This document shows positions 10,983-19,164 of a stretch of 54,868 bases of DNA, piece by piece (position 1 is the stretch's first letter; every line of letters begins with the position of its first letter). The translations under genes were made by a program, and so were the position numbers. The notes below the pieces were generated by a model. The model had not been told where the DNA came from and searched no databases. It saw only the letters and a program-made list of their open reading frames with translations. This stretch comes from Pseudobacteriovorax sp. (GTDB taxonomy: Bacteria; Bdellovibrionota_B; Oligoflexia; Oligoflexales; Oligoflexaceae). Where the stretch lies: positions 1 to 54,868 of the forward strand of contig JBNKNM010000017.1 of NCBI GenBank assembly GCA_050293845.1, read 5' to 3'.

Positions 10983-11133
10983 AACAACTCCTTCAGTAAA
11001 TTAATTACATACTAATACTTACGCACAGTGCTCTATGGTACTGTACCTACAACTGACAAATCACAGTTTAAAAAACAATTAACTCTAAATAATTCTTTCA
11101 ATCTGTCCGAGTCTTATTCTATGGGAGTTTGAA

Positions 11134-12558
11134 ATGGAAGAGTTACAAAACATTATTATTGCTTATACAAGCCTTAATATTTTATCGCTGGTATTTTCTA
11201 TCGTTTTCTATTTAGGAAATAGAAATCGTAAAGCATTTCGTTATAATGTTTACTACTGGCTATCCATGATTGTTATTTTTATAGTTCAAGGTGCTTTTAA
11301 TGAAAGTAACTTTGCAGTAGCATTAAGCTTTGCATCAACTGGTACGATTGTCTATGTCATAGCTCTAGTCATTCAAGAACTTTTTGAAGTCCAGCTTCCT
11401 GCAGCTAAATACAATTATGCAAACATTATTGCACCAATCATAAGCACTATATTCTATTCGTTAGGGGGTGATTTCACGATAATTGCCTTACCTATTGCCT
11501 TGAGTCTATGTTTTACTAGTTGCCATATGGTTTTCCGCGCATGGCGGCATGGAAAAAAACACACCGTTTCTACTCGCTTTTTTTTAGTACTTATCTTTTC
11601 CTGGGCGTTGCATGTAGCTGACTATCCCTGGTTACGGATGAACCAGGAATTTGTACTCCCCGGATTTTATATAGCCTTTCTTATGGGTTTCTTCATGTCG
11701 GTTCTTTTACCCTATGTAATTAATGAGTTGGAGCAAAAAAAACATAGTGAAGAACTTGAAGATAAAGTACGAGAAAAGACTAGAGAAATATCACAGATAG
11801 CCGAAAACAGGAAAATCGTAAGTCAACTGCTAGCCCACGATACTGGCAATCAAGTTTATCTTATTTACCAGTTGTCTGTGTTTGTGAAACGGGGTATTGA
11901 GCGGGGAGAGATACCATCAAAATACCAAAAGTGGGTGGATGTAGCCGTACGTGGTTACAATCGTCAAAAGGAAATGACTGCAAAAGCAAGGGAACTACTA
12001 GCAGCAGAGAGTGGTAAAGTCTCTTTTCAACTTAAAGCGATCAACCTATTGCAAGCTATCGAAGCATCCGTTGATTCCATGAGTAAGAAAGCCGATGAAA
12101 AGGGCGTTGTTGTGGAATACAAATGCCGCGATGACTATTTTATACTTGCTGATCAAACATTATTTTCCACTTCAATTCTTAATAATCTTATCAGCAACTC
12201 AATCAAATTTTGTAATGATGGGGACAAAATAAAAATTCGAGCTTTTTGTGATGGGCGCCAAGTTACTATCGTTCACTATGATCAAGGCCCCGGTATACCA
12301 CAAGACAAACAAAGAAAAATCTTTTCTGCCAATGAAGCGACATCTACAGTTGGCACCAAGGGAGAAAAAGGAACTGGCTTTGGGCTCCCCATAGTCTCTA
12401 CTATGGTTTCCAGCCTCAAAGGCGAGCTATCACTGAGATCCCGATGTGGAGACGGTCATATGACTATGTTTATTCTGAAGTTCAACTGTATCCGTCCTGG
12501 GGAAAAGGGTGAGGGCACAGACCATAAAGACGAATCACTACTAGATCTTGCAGTATAA
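11134..12558 (+). CDS. Sensor histidine kinase with about 7 TM helices and no periplasmic domain
   Basis: Seven hydrophobic segments with short loops; H-box LLAHDTGN, N-box NNLISNSIKF, G1 DQGPG, G2 GTGFGL. Confidence 0.92.
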   Translation: MEELQNIIIAYTSLNILSLVFSIVFYLGNRNRKAFRYNVYYWLSMIVIFIVQGAFNESNFAVALSFASTGTIVYVIALVIQELFEVQLPAAKYNYANIIAPIISTIFYSLGGDFTIIALPIALSLCFTSCHMVFRAWRHGKKHTVSTRFFLVLIFSWALHVADYPWLRMNQEFVLPGFYIAFLMGFFMSVLLPYVINELEQKKHSEELEDKVREKTREISQIAENRKIVSQLLAHDTGNQVYLIYQLSVFVKRGIERGEIPSKYQKWVDVAVRGYNRQKEMTAKARELLAAESGKVSFQLKAINLLQAIEASVDSMSKKADEKGVVVEYKCRDDYFILADQTLFSTSILNNLISNSIKFCNDGDKIKIRAFCDGRQVTIVHYDQGPGIPQDKQRKIFSANEATSTVGTKGEKGTGFGLPIVSTMVSSLKGELSLRSRCGDGHMTMFILKFNCIRPGEKGEGTDHKDESLLDLAV

Positions 12559-12718
12559 CCCCCCATAGGGGCTACCAGCAACGTCCCCATTTCTCTTCCA
12601 CAAAATGCAAAGCCTTTGACATATGGCATTCCCTTCAGCCATTTTGATAATGGACTGGTTTATGCATTTCTAGTTTGAAGTTCAACCTCCGCCCAGGGAT
12701 TAGATAGGAAACCCAGTT

Positions 12719-13846
12719 ATGAAAACGGTCTCTCTTTTTATCCTCTTTATGGCTCTAAGCCTATTTTCCGTGCTCAAGCCCAGCAATGGATCAAAAGCAG
12801 CAGAACCCTCTCGCATACCCATTGCAGAGTTTGAAGGGGTAGACTCCGTGCTTGTCAGTGAATTTCTGATGGAGTATCCCGAAGGTTCTGAACTGATTGC
12901 CAAACTTATGGATTCACAGATCGAGGTTGGCATGCTTGTTAACCAAATTCCTGACGATAATGGACAAGCGATACAAGAAAGCTTGGGGATCACAACAGAG
13001 CAGCAGCTGCGCCTAATTCCCTTTGCCCATGAGTCTATCTGGATTAGAGACTACCTGGGAATCCAGACCAGAAGTCAAATCCTTGGACAAGCCACTAAAA
13101 CAACAGTTGATTTTAGCTACCGAGAAGATATGCAAATGGAAGACCAGGGAAGCCATCAATTAGCTCTTACCTTTCCTCAAACTGTCGTTGTCGTTCCTCT
13201 GGCCTATGATGGAGGCAATTTTTTAACCAACGGAAGCGACTGCTTTATCGGCATCGAAAGCAGTTTTCTCGTGTTAGACAACCAGCAATCCCTATTGGAG
13301 CAAGCCCTAACGGAAGAAGTAGGGTGTCGCCGTATCCACCTCTTCAAGGACCCGCCCCATGAACATGTTGATATGTACTTAAAAGTAGTTAATAAGGATC
13401 ATCTTCTTGTAGCCCAGCTGGCTCCTGAAATTCTTAGTATTTCCGATCAGCTTGACCCCGAAACCTCAGATTATCTAGCAAAACTTGCCACTAAAATGGA
13501 CAGGGTTGCGCAGCAGTTGAAACCTGAATTTACTATTACTCGTATCCCCCTGCCTATTTTCTCTTTTGAACCTTTTAATACCTATGTCAACAGTGTGTTG
13601 ATCGGCAAAAATATCTTCGTCCCGCGGTATTCTTTTCCAGACCACATGGCCGATTTCGGCCTCAACGAGAGCGTAATGACAAAAATAGAAAACAGGGTTG
13701 AGAATATTCTCACGCAACTTGATCTCAAAGTTAGCTGGATCCATACACAAGAATTGATGGATGGTGGTGGCAATTTTCACTGCGTCACCTACCAAGTACA
13801 CAGCTCGCCTTCTTTGAAGCAGAATACTACATTAGAAGCAAAATGA
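12719..13846 (+). CDS. Agmatine deiminase / peptidylarginine deiminase family protein with signal peptide
   Basis: WIRDY, DGGN, HVD and GGGNFHCVT catalytic motifs; N-terminal signal peptide. Confidence 0.88.
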   Translation: MKTVSLFILFMALSLFSVLKPSNGSKAAEPSRIPIAEFEGVDSVLVSEFLMEYPEGSELIAKLMDSQIEVGMLVNQIPDDNGQAIQESLGITTEQQLRLIPFAHESIWIRDYLGIQTRSQILGQATKTTVDFSYREDMQMEDQGSHQLALTFPQTVVVVPLAYDGGNFLTNGSDCFIGIESSFLVLDNQQSLLEQALTEEVGCRRIHLFKDPPHEHVDMYLKVVNKDHLLVAQLAPEILSISDQLDPETSDYLAKLATKMDRVAQQLKPEFTITRIPLPIFSFEPFNTYVNSVLIGKNIFVPRYSFPDHMADFGLNESVMTKIENRVENILTQLDLKVSWIHTQELMDGGGNFHCVTYQVHSSPSLKQNTTLEAK

Positions 13847-14153
13847 ATCACTTTATATGGTTACTAATCTTGTAACTTACGGTGTTTTAGGCATATGAGA
13901 TTCAAGGGCTGGTACATTATGGTATTCTTTTTATTGACACCCTGGTTGGTGCCAACTATTCTGCTCTTTCAACTTTGCAAGGGCTAATAATCCTTAAACC
14001 TTGCAGAACGGTTGATCCCTGGCACACTATGGGTATGAATAACAACCCATGGTTGCCATCTTCCTCTCCCTGTTCACCCCAAACGGAAGTTTCTGAGGAG
14101 GGGTATTACGATGAAACTGGCATGGATAGTATTAACCTTGAAGCGATTGACAT

Positions 14154-15167
14154 ATGACGGAATTTGAAATTGGTGGGATACCCATTTCCCCAGGGCAAAA
14201 ACAAACCATCGATCTACATATGGGTCGGCTCTATGACTATACTGAACTAACCATGCCTGTCGAAGTCTTCCGTGGTGTAGAACCAGGACCTTCGTTATTT
14301 ATTTCTGCCGCTATCCACGGGGATGAATTGGTTGGAACTGCAATTGTTAAAAAAATAATCAACGACAAGCGCTTGAAAAAGCTGCGAGGTACTTTAATCG
14401 CTATTCCGATTGTCAATGTCTATGGCTTTAATACACTTTCACGATATCTTCCCGATCGCCGGGATCTTAATCGGTGCTTTCCTGGTACACCCAAGGGATC
14501 TCTTGGTTCCCATATTGCCCACTTATTCACCAACGAGGTTATCCATAAGTGTCAGTATGGTATTGATTTTCACTCAGGAGCTATTCATCGCTCTAATCTC
14601 CCCCAAATACGCACCTGCTTCGACTTTGATTCTGACAAGGATTTGGCAGAGGCTTTTGGTGCACCCGTCGTTTTAAACTCAAAGATCAGGGAAGGCTCCC
14701 TCCGTGAAACGGCGGCTAATCTGGGTGTGCAAACCTTACTTTTTGAGGGAGGCGAAGCGCTTCGTCTTAACGAAGGAGTCATTCGCTTTGGAGTCAATGG
14801 AGCTTTTGCTATTATGGAGAAAATAGGTATGTTGCCACCTGGCAGCCATAAGCCAGTTTCGCGTTCTTATATGGCCCATTCTAGCTATTGGGTAAGAGCT
14901 TCGCAATCAGGGATGATTAGCCTAAACCGCAACCTGGGTAGCAAGGTCAGCGAGGGAACTTTACTCGGTAAAATCACAGACTCTTTTGGTAGAAATCTGG
15001 AGAAGCTGCAATCACCCTCCGAAGGAATTGTGATTGGAGTATCCAAGCTTCCCCTGGTCAACAAGGGGGATGCTCTATTTCACATAGCAACCTTTGAAGA
15101 TTCTGATCTAGTACGTAAACTGGCATCGGAGTTGAATGACTATTATGCTGATGGACTGTACATATAA
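14154..15167 (+). CDS. Succinylglutamate desuccinylase/aspartoacylase family deacylase
   Basis: AAIHGDE, RRDLNRCFPG, IDFHSG, FEGGE; C-terminal barrel-sandwich domain. Confidence 0.93.
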   Translation: MTEFEIGGIPISPGQKQTIDLHMGRLYDYTELTMPVEVFRGVEPGPSLFISAAIHGDELVGTAIVKKIINDKRLKKLRGTLIAIPIVNVYGFNTLSRYLPDRRDLNRCFPGTPKGSLGSHIAHLFTNEVIHKCQYGIDFHSGAIHRSNLPQIRTCFDFDSDKDLAEAFGAPVVLNSKIREGSLRETAANLGVQTLLFEGGEALRLNEGVIRFGVNGAFAIMEKIGMLPPGSHKPVSRSYMAHSSYWVRASQSGMISLNRNLGSKVSEGTLLGKITDSFGRNLEKLQSPSEGIVIGVSKLPLVNKGDALFHIATFEDSDLVRKLASELNDYYADGLYI

Positions 15168-15263
15168 ATACATACTTAATTTTACTAGGTCTTTAACAAT
15201 GGATCTAAACCATGTAACTTGACAAGTATTCCACGCTGGTTTCCCATAATACATAAGGTGCAA

Positions 15264-15719
15264 ATGAAAAAGGAAAAGAAAGTTATTGGTTGGCGTGAAT
15301 GGATTGAGATTCCTGACTTGGGTATTCATAAGATAAAAGCTAAAATTGATACAGGAGCAAAAACATCCAGCCTTCACGCTTTCGATCTTGAAACCTTTAA
15401 ACGTAAAGGTGTCGAATACGTTCGCTTTAAGGTTCATCCAATTCAAAAGGATTCCAAGCACACTATTTCCGCAGCCATACCCATTTTGGAATATCGTAAT
15501 GTTAAGAGCTCAACGGGGCACACTTCAAGACGCCCTGTTATTCAAACTGCCATCAGACTTATGAGTGAATGCTGGATCATTGAGTTAACGCTAGCAAATC
15601 GTGATGCTATGGGATTCCGTATGCTCATTGGCCGGCAAGGTATTCGTGGTCGTATGATCGTTGACCCCAGTAAGTCTTTCCTGGGTGGCAGACCAATTAA
15701 GAAGACTTCAAAAAAATAA
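15264..15719 (+). CDS. RimK-associated retropepsin-like protease (RimB-like)
   Basis: IGWREW, KAKIDTGAKTSSLHA, RRPVI, MGFRMLIGRQ; start set at ATG 15264. Confidence 0.92.
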   Translation: MKKEKKVIGWREWIEIPDLGIHKIKAKIDTGAKTSSLHAFDLETFKRKGVEYVRFKVHPIQKDSKHTISAAIPILEYRNVKSSTGHTSRRPVIQTAIRLMSECWIIELTLANRDAMGFRMLIGRQGIRGRMIVDPSKSFLGGRPIKKTSKK

Positions 15720-15736
15720 AGGGAAAGGATAGGTTC

Positions 15737-16969
15737 ATGAAACTTGCTATTTTGTCTCGCGGACCACAACTTTATAGTACGCTACGACTACAAGAAGCCG
15801 CTTTAAATCGAGGTCATGAGGTTAAAATCCTTGATACTCTGAAGTTTTCAATAGACTTGGAGCAAGGAGAACCTGAACTCTATTACAACCAAGAAATCTT
15901 AGAACACTTCGATGCGGTACTACCCAGAATAGGCTCGTCAATAACATACTACGGGACAGCTGTGGTCAGACAGTTCCAGGAAATGGATGTCTTTTGTGCC
16001 AACACAGCAGCGGCCATCGCAACATCCCGTGATAAATTGAGATGCCTTCAGTTTTTAAGTCGGCATGGTGTTGGCATTCCCAAAACGACCTTTGTCCGCG
16101 ATAAAAAGGATGTGTTACCAGCAATAGAACGGGTTGGCGGTGCCCCCGTTATTATTAAGCTAATAGAGGGGACTCAGGGAATCGGCGTTCTCCTGGCTGA
16201 AACCGAAAAAAGCGCCACTGCCATCATAGAACTTTTGCAGAGTCAAAAGCAGAATGTTTTAATTCAGAAGTTTGTCGCGGAAAGTAAAGGCAAGGATGTC
16301 CGTGCTATTGTCGTAGGAGATCAAGTGGTTGCCGCCATGCGGCGTATTGCCCAAGGGCAGGAGTTTCGAAGCAATGTCCATCGTGGCGGAGTAACAGAGA
16401 AGGTGGAACTAAGCCAAGAGTATCGTGATGCAGCCATTCGGGCCTCGCAGATATTAGGACTCAGAATTGCTGGGGTGGATATGCTCGAAGGCAACCAAGG
16501 TCCACAAATCTTAGAAGTCAACTCATCACCAGGATTAGAAGGAATTGAAGGTTGCACTAACTTAGACATTGCTGGTGCCATAGTCGAATACATATCAGCT
16601 CAGGTAGATTTTCCAGAAATCGATATCCGCCAGCGATTGACGGTTAGCAAGGGGTATGGTGTGAGTGAAATCTACATTCCCGAAGGTTCCCATTACGTTG
16701 GTAAAACCATCGAACAAACTCACTTAAAAGAAGAAAATATAAATGTTTTGACCCTCTATCAAGGTAATAAGATCATCCCGAATCCCCGCCCAGACAGAGT
16801 TCTTAGTGGTAGCGATCGCCTCTTATGCTTTGGCAAGCTAGAAGCTATGCGTTCTATGATTCCCCCTAAAACCAGAAAAAAACGACAACCTAAAGTCGCC
16901 GACTTGGATTTTGACAGATCCGTCATATCTGATCAACAATTTGATAATGAAGGCTCCCCTCAAGGCTAA
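15737..16969 (+). CDS. rimK: RimK family ATP-grasp alpha-L-glutamate ligase with a C-terminal TrkA-C (RCK_C) domain
   Basis: PRIGSSIT, SRDKLR, GTQGIGV, FRSNVHRGG, EVNSSPGLEGIE; tail SEIYIPEGSHYVGKTI...P.PDRVL..DRLL..G. Confidence 0.92.
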   Translation: MKLAILSRGPQLYSTLRLQEAALNRGHEVKILDTLKFSIDLEQGEPELYYNQEILEHFDAVLPRIGSSITYYGTAVVRQFQEMDVFCANTAAAIATSRDKLRCLQFLSRHGVGIPKTTFVRDKKDVLPAIERVGGAPVIIKLIEGTQGIGVLLAETEKSATAIIELLQSQKQNVLIQKFVAESKGKDVRAIVVGDQVVAAMRRIAQGQEFRSNVHRGGVTEKVELSQEYRDAAIRASQILGLRIAGVDMLEGNQGPQILEVNSSPGLEGIEGCTNLDIAGAIVEYISAQVDFPEIDIRQRLTVSKGYGVSEIYIPEGSHYVGKTIEQTHLKEENINVLTLYQGNKIIPNPRPDRVLSGSDRLLCFGKLEAMRSMIPPKTRKKRQPKVADLDFDRSVISDQQFDNEGSPQG

Positions 16970-17011
16970 TCCCATAGCCCCTCATCCTGCTGTATAGGGT
17001 ATCTGGGGCGC

Positions 17012-17539
17012 TTACTCTTTTTGCTTCCGATACTTCAATTCTGTACGACATTTTCGCAGTTCTTTTTGAACAAAGTGTAGTGTTTTCTTTATGGTTTTCA
17101 TTTGAGTTTTTGCCTCTACCAACTGCTTCTGCAAATATCCTTTTTCAACGATTTTAAGTTTTCCTTCTTCATTCACTCCTATTTCTTCTTCGCTGGCATA
17201 CTCTGGTCGTAAGCTCTCATAGTCTTCAACTCGTTTAAACTTACCATCACCGCTAAGTCCAGGATCAGAATACTCTTGAATGCAATTATCAAGATCATAG
17301 GCATCCCGCTCTAACTCCAAGAAGAGATTTTCATTAACTCTTTTTGCTATCATCAACTCATAGGCAGGATCTTTTTCGTTCTGAATGACAACCTCACCTT
17401 CTTTATTATAACCATATTTGCCATCTTCGGTTTTTCCTATCTCTTCCATTTCTGTATCAATTTTTTTGGGTACATATTCACTCTCTGTAGTACATGCAGT
17501 AATGGCAATAAGCATTATCGTGGGAAATAAAAATCTCAT
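17012..17539 (-). CDS. Hypothetical lipoprotein
   Basis: Lipobox ITAC; AGGAG RBS; coiled-coil C-terminus. Confidence 0.8.
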   Translation of the reverse strand: MRFLFPTIMLIAITACTTESEYVPKKIDTEMEEIGKTEDGKYGYNKEGEVVIQNEKDPAYELMIAKRVNENLFLELERDAYDLDNCIQEYSDPGLSGDGKFKRVEDYESLRPEYASEEEIGVNEEGKLKIVEKGYLQKQLVEAKTQMKTIKKTLHFVQKELRKCRTELKYRKQKE

Positions 17540-17584
17540 ATAAAACTCCTATATTTGGGATATCAAACTTTTTATATCCTTTCC

Positions 17585-17845
17585 TCCATATGCGGAACTC
17601 GAATAAGTCCTTCGAAGGAGTGTCTTCCTAAGACAAGCAAAACTCGCGAGTCGGTGTATGATGTCCCATACGGTAGCAAAAGCTACTTACACCACCTCTA
17701 AACAGCAGCATCCCAGAGATCACGTACGCAGTCGTAAGGGTGGCTCTCTGTAAGAATTTCTTCATGTGGTCGATTTACAACTCCTATACCAGGTTTCACG
17801 GCAATGCCGTGCGGGTACTACGAGTTAAAACCACTTATTTTCTTG
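17585..17845 (-). ncRNA. Candidate structured RNA (sRNA or 5' leader) containing a 45-codon small ORF at 17628-17765
   Basis: Several hairpins (17797-17811, GTAGC-TTTT-GCTAC, GTCTT-AGG-AAGAC, TCCT-TCGA-AGGA) and long-range pairings; promoter directly upstream. Confidence 0.45.
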
Positions 17846-17849
17846 GGTT

Positions 17850-17878
17850 AGTAAAGCTATTTTATCGTATGGTGTCAA
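17850..17878 (-). promoter_or_regulatory. Putative sigma70 promoter
   Basis: Exact TTGACA, 17-nt spacer, TTTACT. Confidence 0.55.
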
Positions 17879-18083
17879 TGGAAAAATCCTAGAAGGGACG
17901 GCCTCCTAAAGGCTCACGACTCACCTTTTATCCCTCTCTTGATTGCTCATTGGCGTTAGCTTCTTAAGAACTTTGCCTTTTAATCACAACCTAGACGATT
18001 TTACCAGTATATTCACCCTTGCCTTCAGTAAAATTATACCTGTTACACAGAGCCAGGACAATCGTTTTCCCATGGCATGCGAG

Positions 18084-18860
18084 CTACAGTTCTTGTCCAT
18101 CAGGGAGTCGGGGAGAAAATCTGCTATAAATTTCTACTCCCTTACCACATCCTGGGTAGGAAAAGCTATTTGCACCCGGATAACTAAAACCATTGATAAA
18201 TATCCGCCGTGGTGTATTACTTTGGTTTGGCAGACTACCATGAACAGTATAGGGTCCAAATAGTATGACAGAGCCAGGTTCCAATTCTGGAATCACAACA
18301 TCCATATTATCGAATTTCTCCCGCTCTGCTGCCCTACCCTGCTCCAGAAATAGGTGTCCATCAAGACAGCTTCGCTCAATAAATCGAATGGGTCCATTAT
18401 CCTTAGTGATAGGATCTATGGCTATAATTGTCTGTACGTAGCTACCTTTACCATTTACATCGCGCCAGTACTCAGTTCCATACTTTCGATGCTCACTATC
18501 TTGATGCCACGGAAATTGAAGCCCATCACGGGGAAATTTAAAGTGTGCCTGACATATCAATTGAACAATCTTTTCACTGCCAAGAATCTGGCTTACAGGA
18601 CCAATCAATCTACGATCATAAGAGTAATTCAATAAACGAGGTTCCACACCAGCACACCATACAACACGATCTATGCGATTTCTAGTAATAACAAACTGAG
18701 TGCCTTGGTTACAAAATGTAGAGCTGTTTGTATGCGCTATACTTGCAATTCTATCAAAAGAATATTTGATACTCTCCACTTCAGCAGTGCTAAAAACCTG
18801 ATTTAAAGTAATGAATCCCTTTTGGAAAAAGTCATCAATCTGAGTAGAAGATATTTTCAT
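18084..18860 (-). CDS. Phytanoyl-CoA dioxygenase (PhyH) family Fe(II)/2-oxoglutarate oxygenase
   Basis: F...GF N-terminus, WHQD (HxD), NGP..F...S, VHGS..N.S..PRR. Confidence 0.9.
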   Translation of the reverse strand: MKISSTQIDDFFQKGFITLNQVFSTAEVESIKYSFDRIASIAHTNSSTFCNQGTQFVITRNRIDRVVWCAGVEPRLLNYSYDRRLIGPVSQILGSEKIVQLICQAHFKFPRDGLQFPWHQDSEHRKYGTEYWRDVNGKGSYVQTIIAIDPITKDNGPIRFIERSCLDGHLFLEQGRAAEREKFDNMDVVIPELEPGSVILFGPYTVHGSLPNQSNTPRRIFINGFSYPGANSFSYPGCGKGVEIYSRFSPRLPDGQEL

Positions 18861-19164
18861 AATTCTTACCTATCAAAATACTTACCTACAAATTTATTGG
18901 AGCATTAAACCTTTGCGTAGTACTCACTATAAATATGGACATTTTCATGGATGAATCTGTCTCATTTCTTACTTTTAAAAATTTTCCTACTGTCACTACA
19001 TGAGTGATGTATTAGTTTTTATTCTTATCGGAAGCTTATAAGAATTCAATACTACAAAATTCAGGTAATCTCTTCCTGTTAGAATAAATAGTTAAGATAT
19101 TTATCTTGATGTACGATATTTGCAGCAAGCGCATAACTCCTTGAGGTAGTGAGGTACCATCAAC

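Noticed and set aside
8640..14157. Stop-codon reassignment explaining the interrupted frames
   Set aside because: The interruptions include TAA, TAG and TGA, and all three are used as normal stops in intact genes.
13975..16969. Graspetide RiPP cluster
   Set aside because: The ATP-grasp enzyme is a canonical RimK in its usual operon; the peptide idea is kept only as a low-interest finding.
17585..17845. Known riboswitch, RNase P, tmRNA, SRP or group I intron
   Set aside because: Their diagnostic conserved motifs were not found by eye.
9550..19000. Integrative island at tRNA-Val
   Set aside because: No integrase and no duplicated tRNA 3' end found by eye; short TATCCCC matches fall inside genes.
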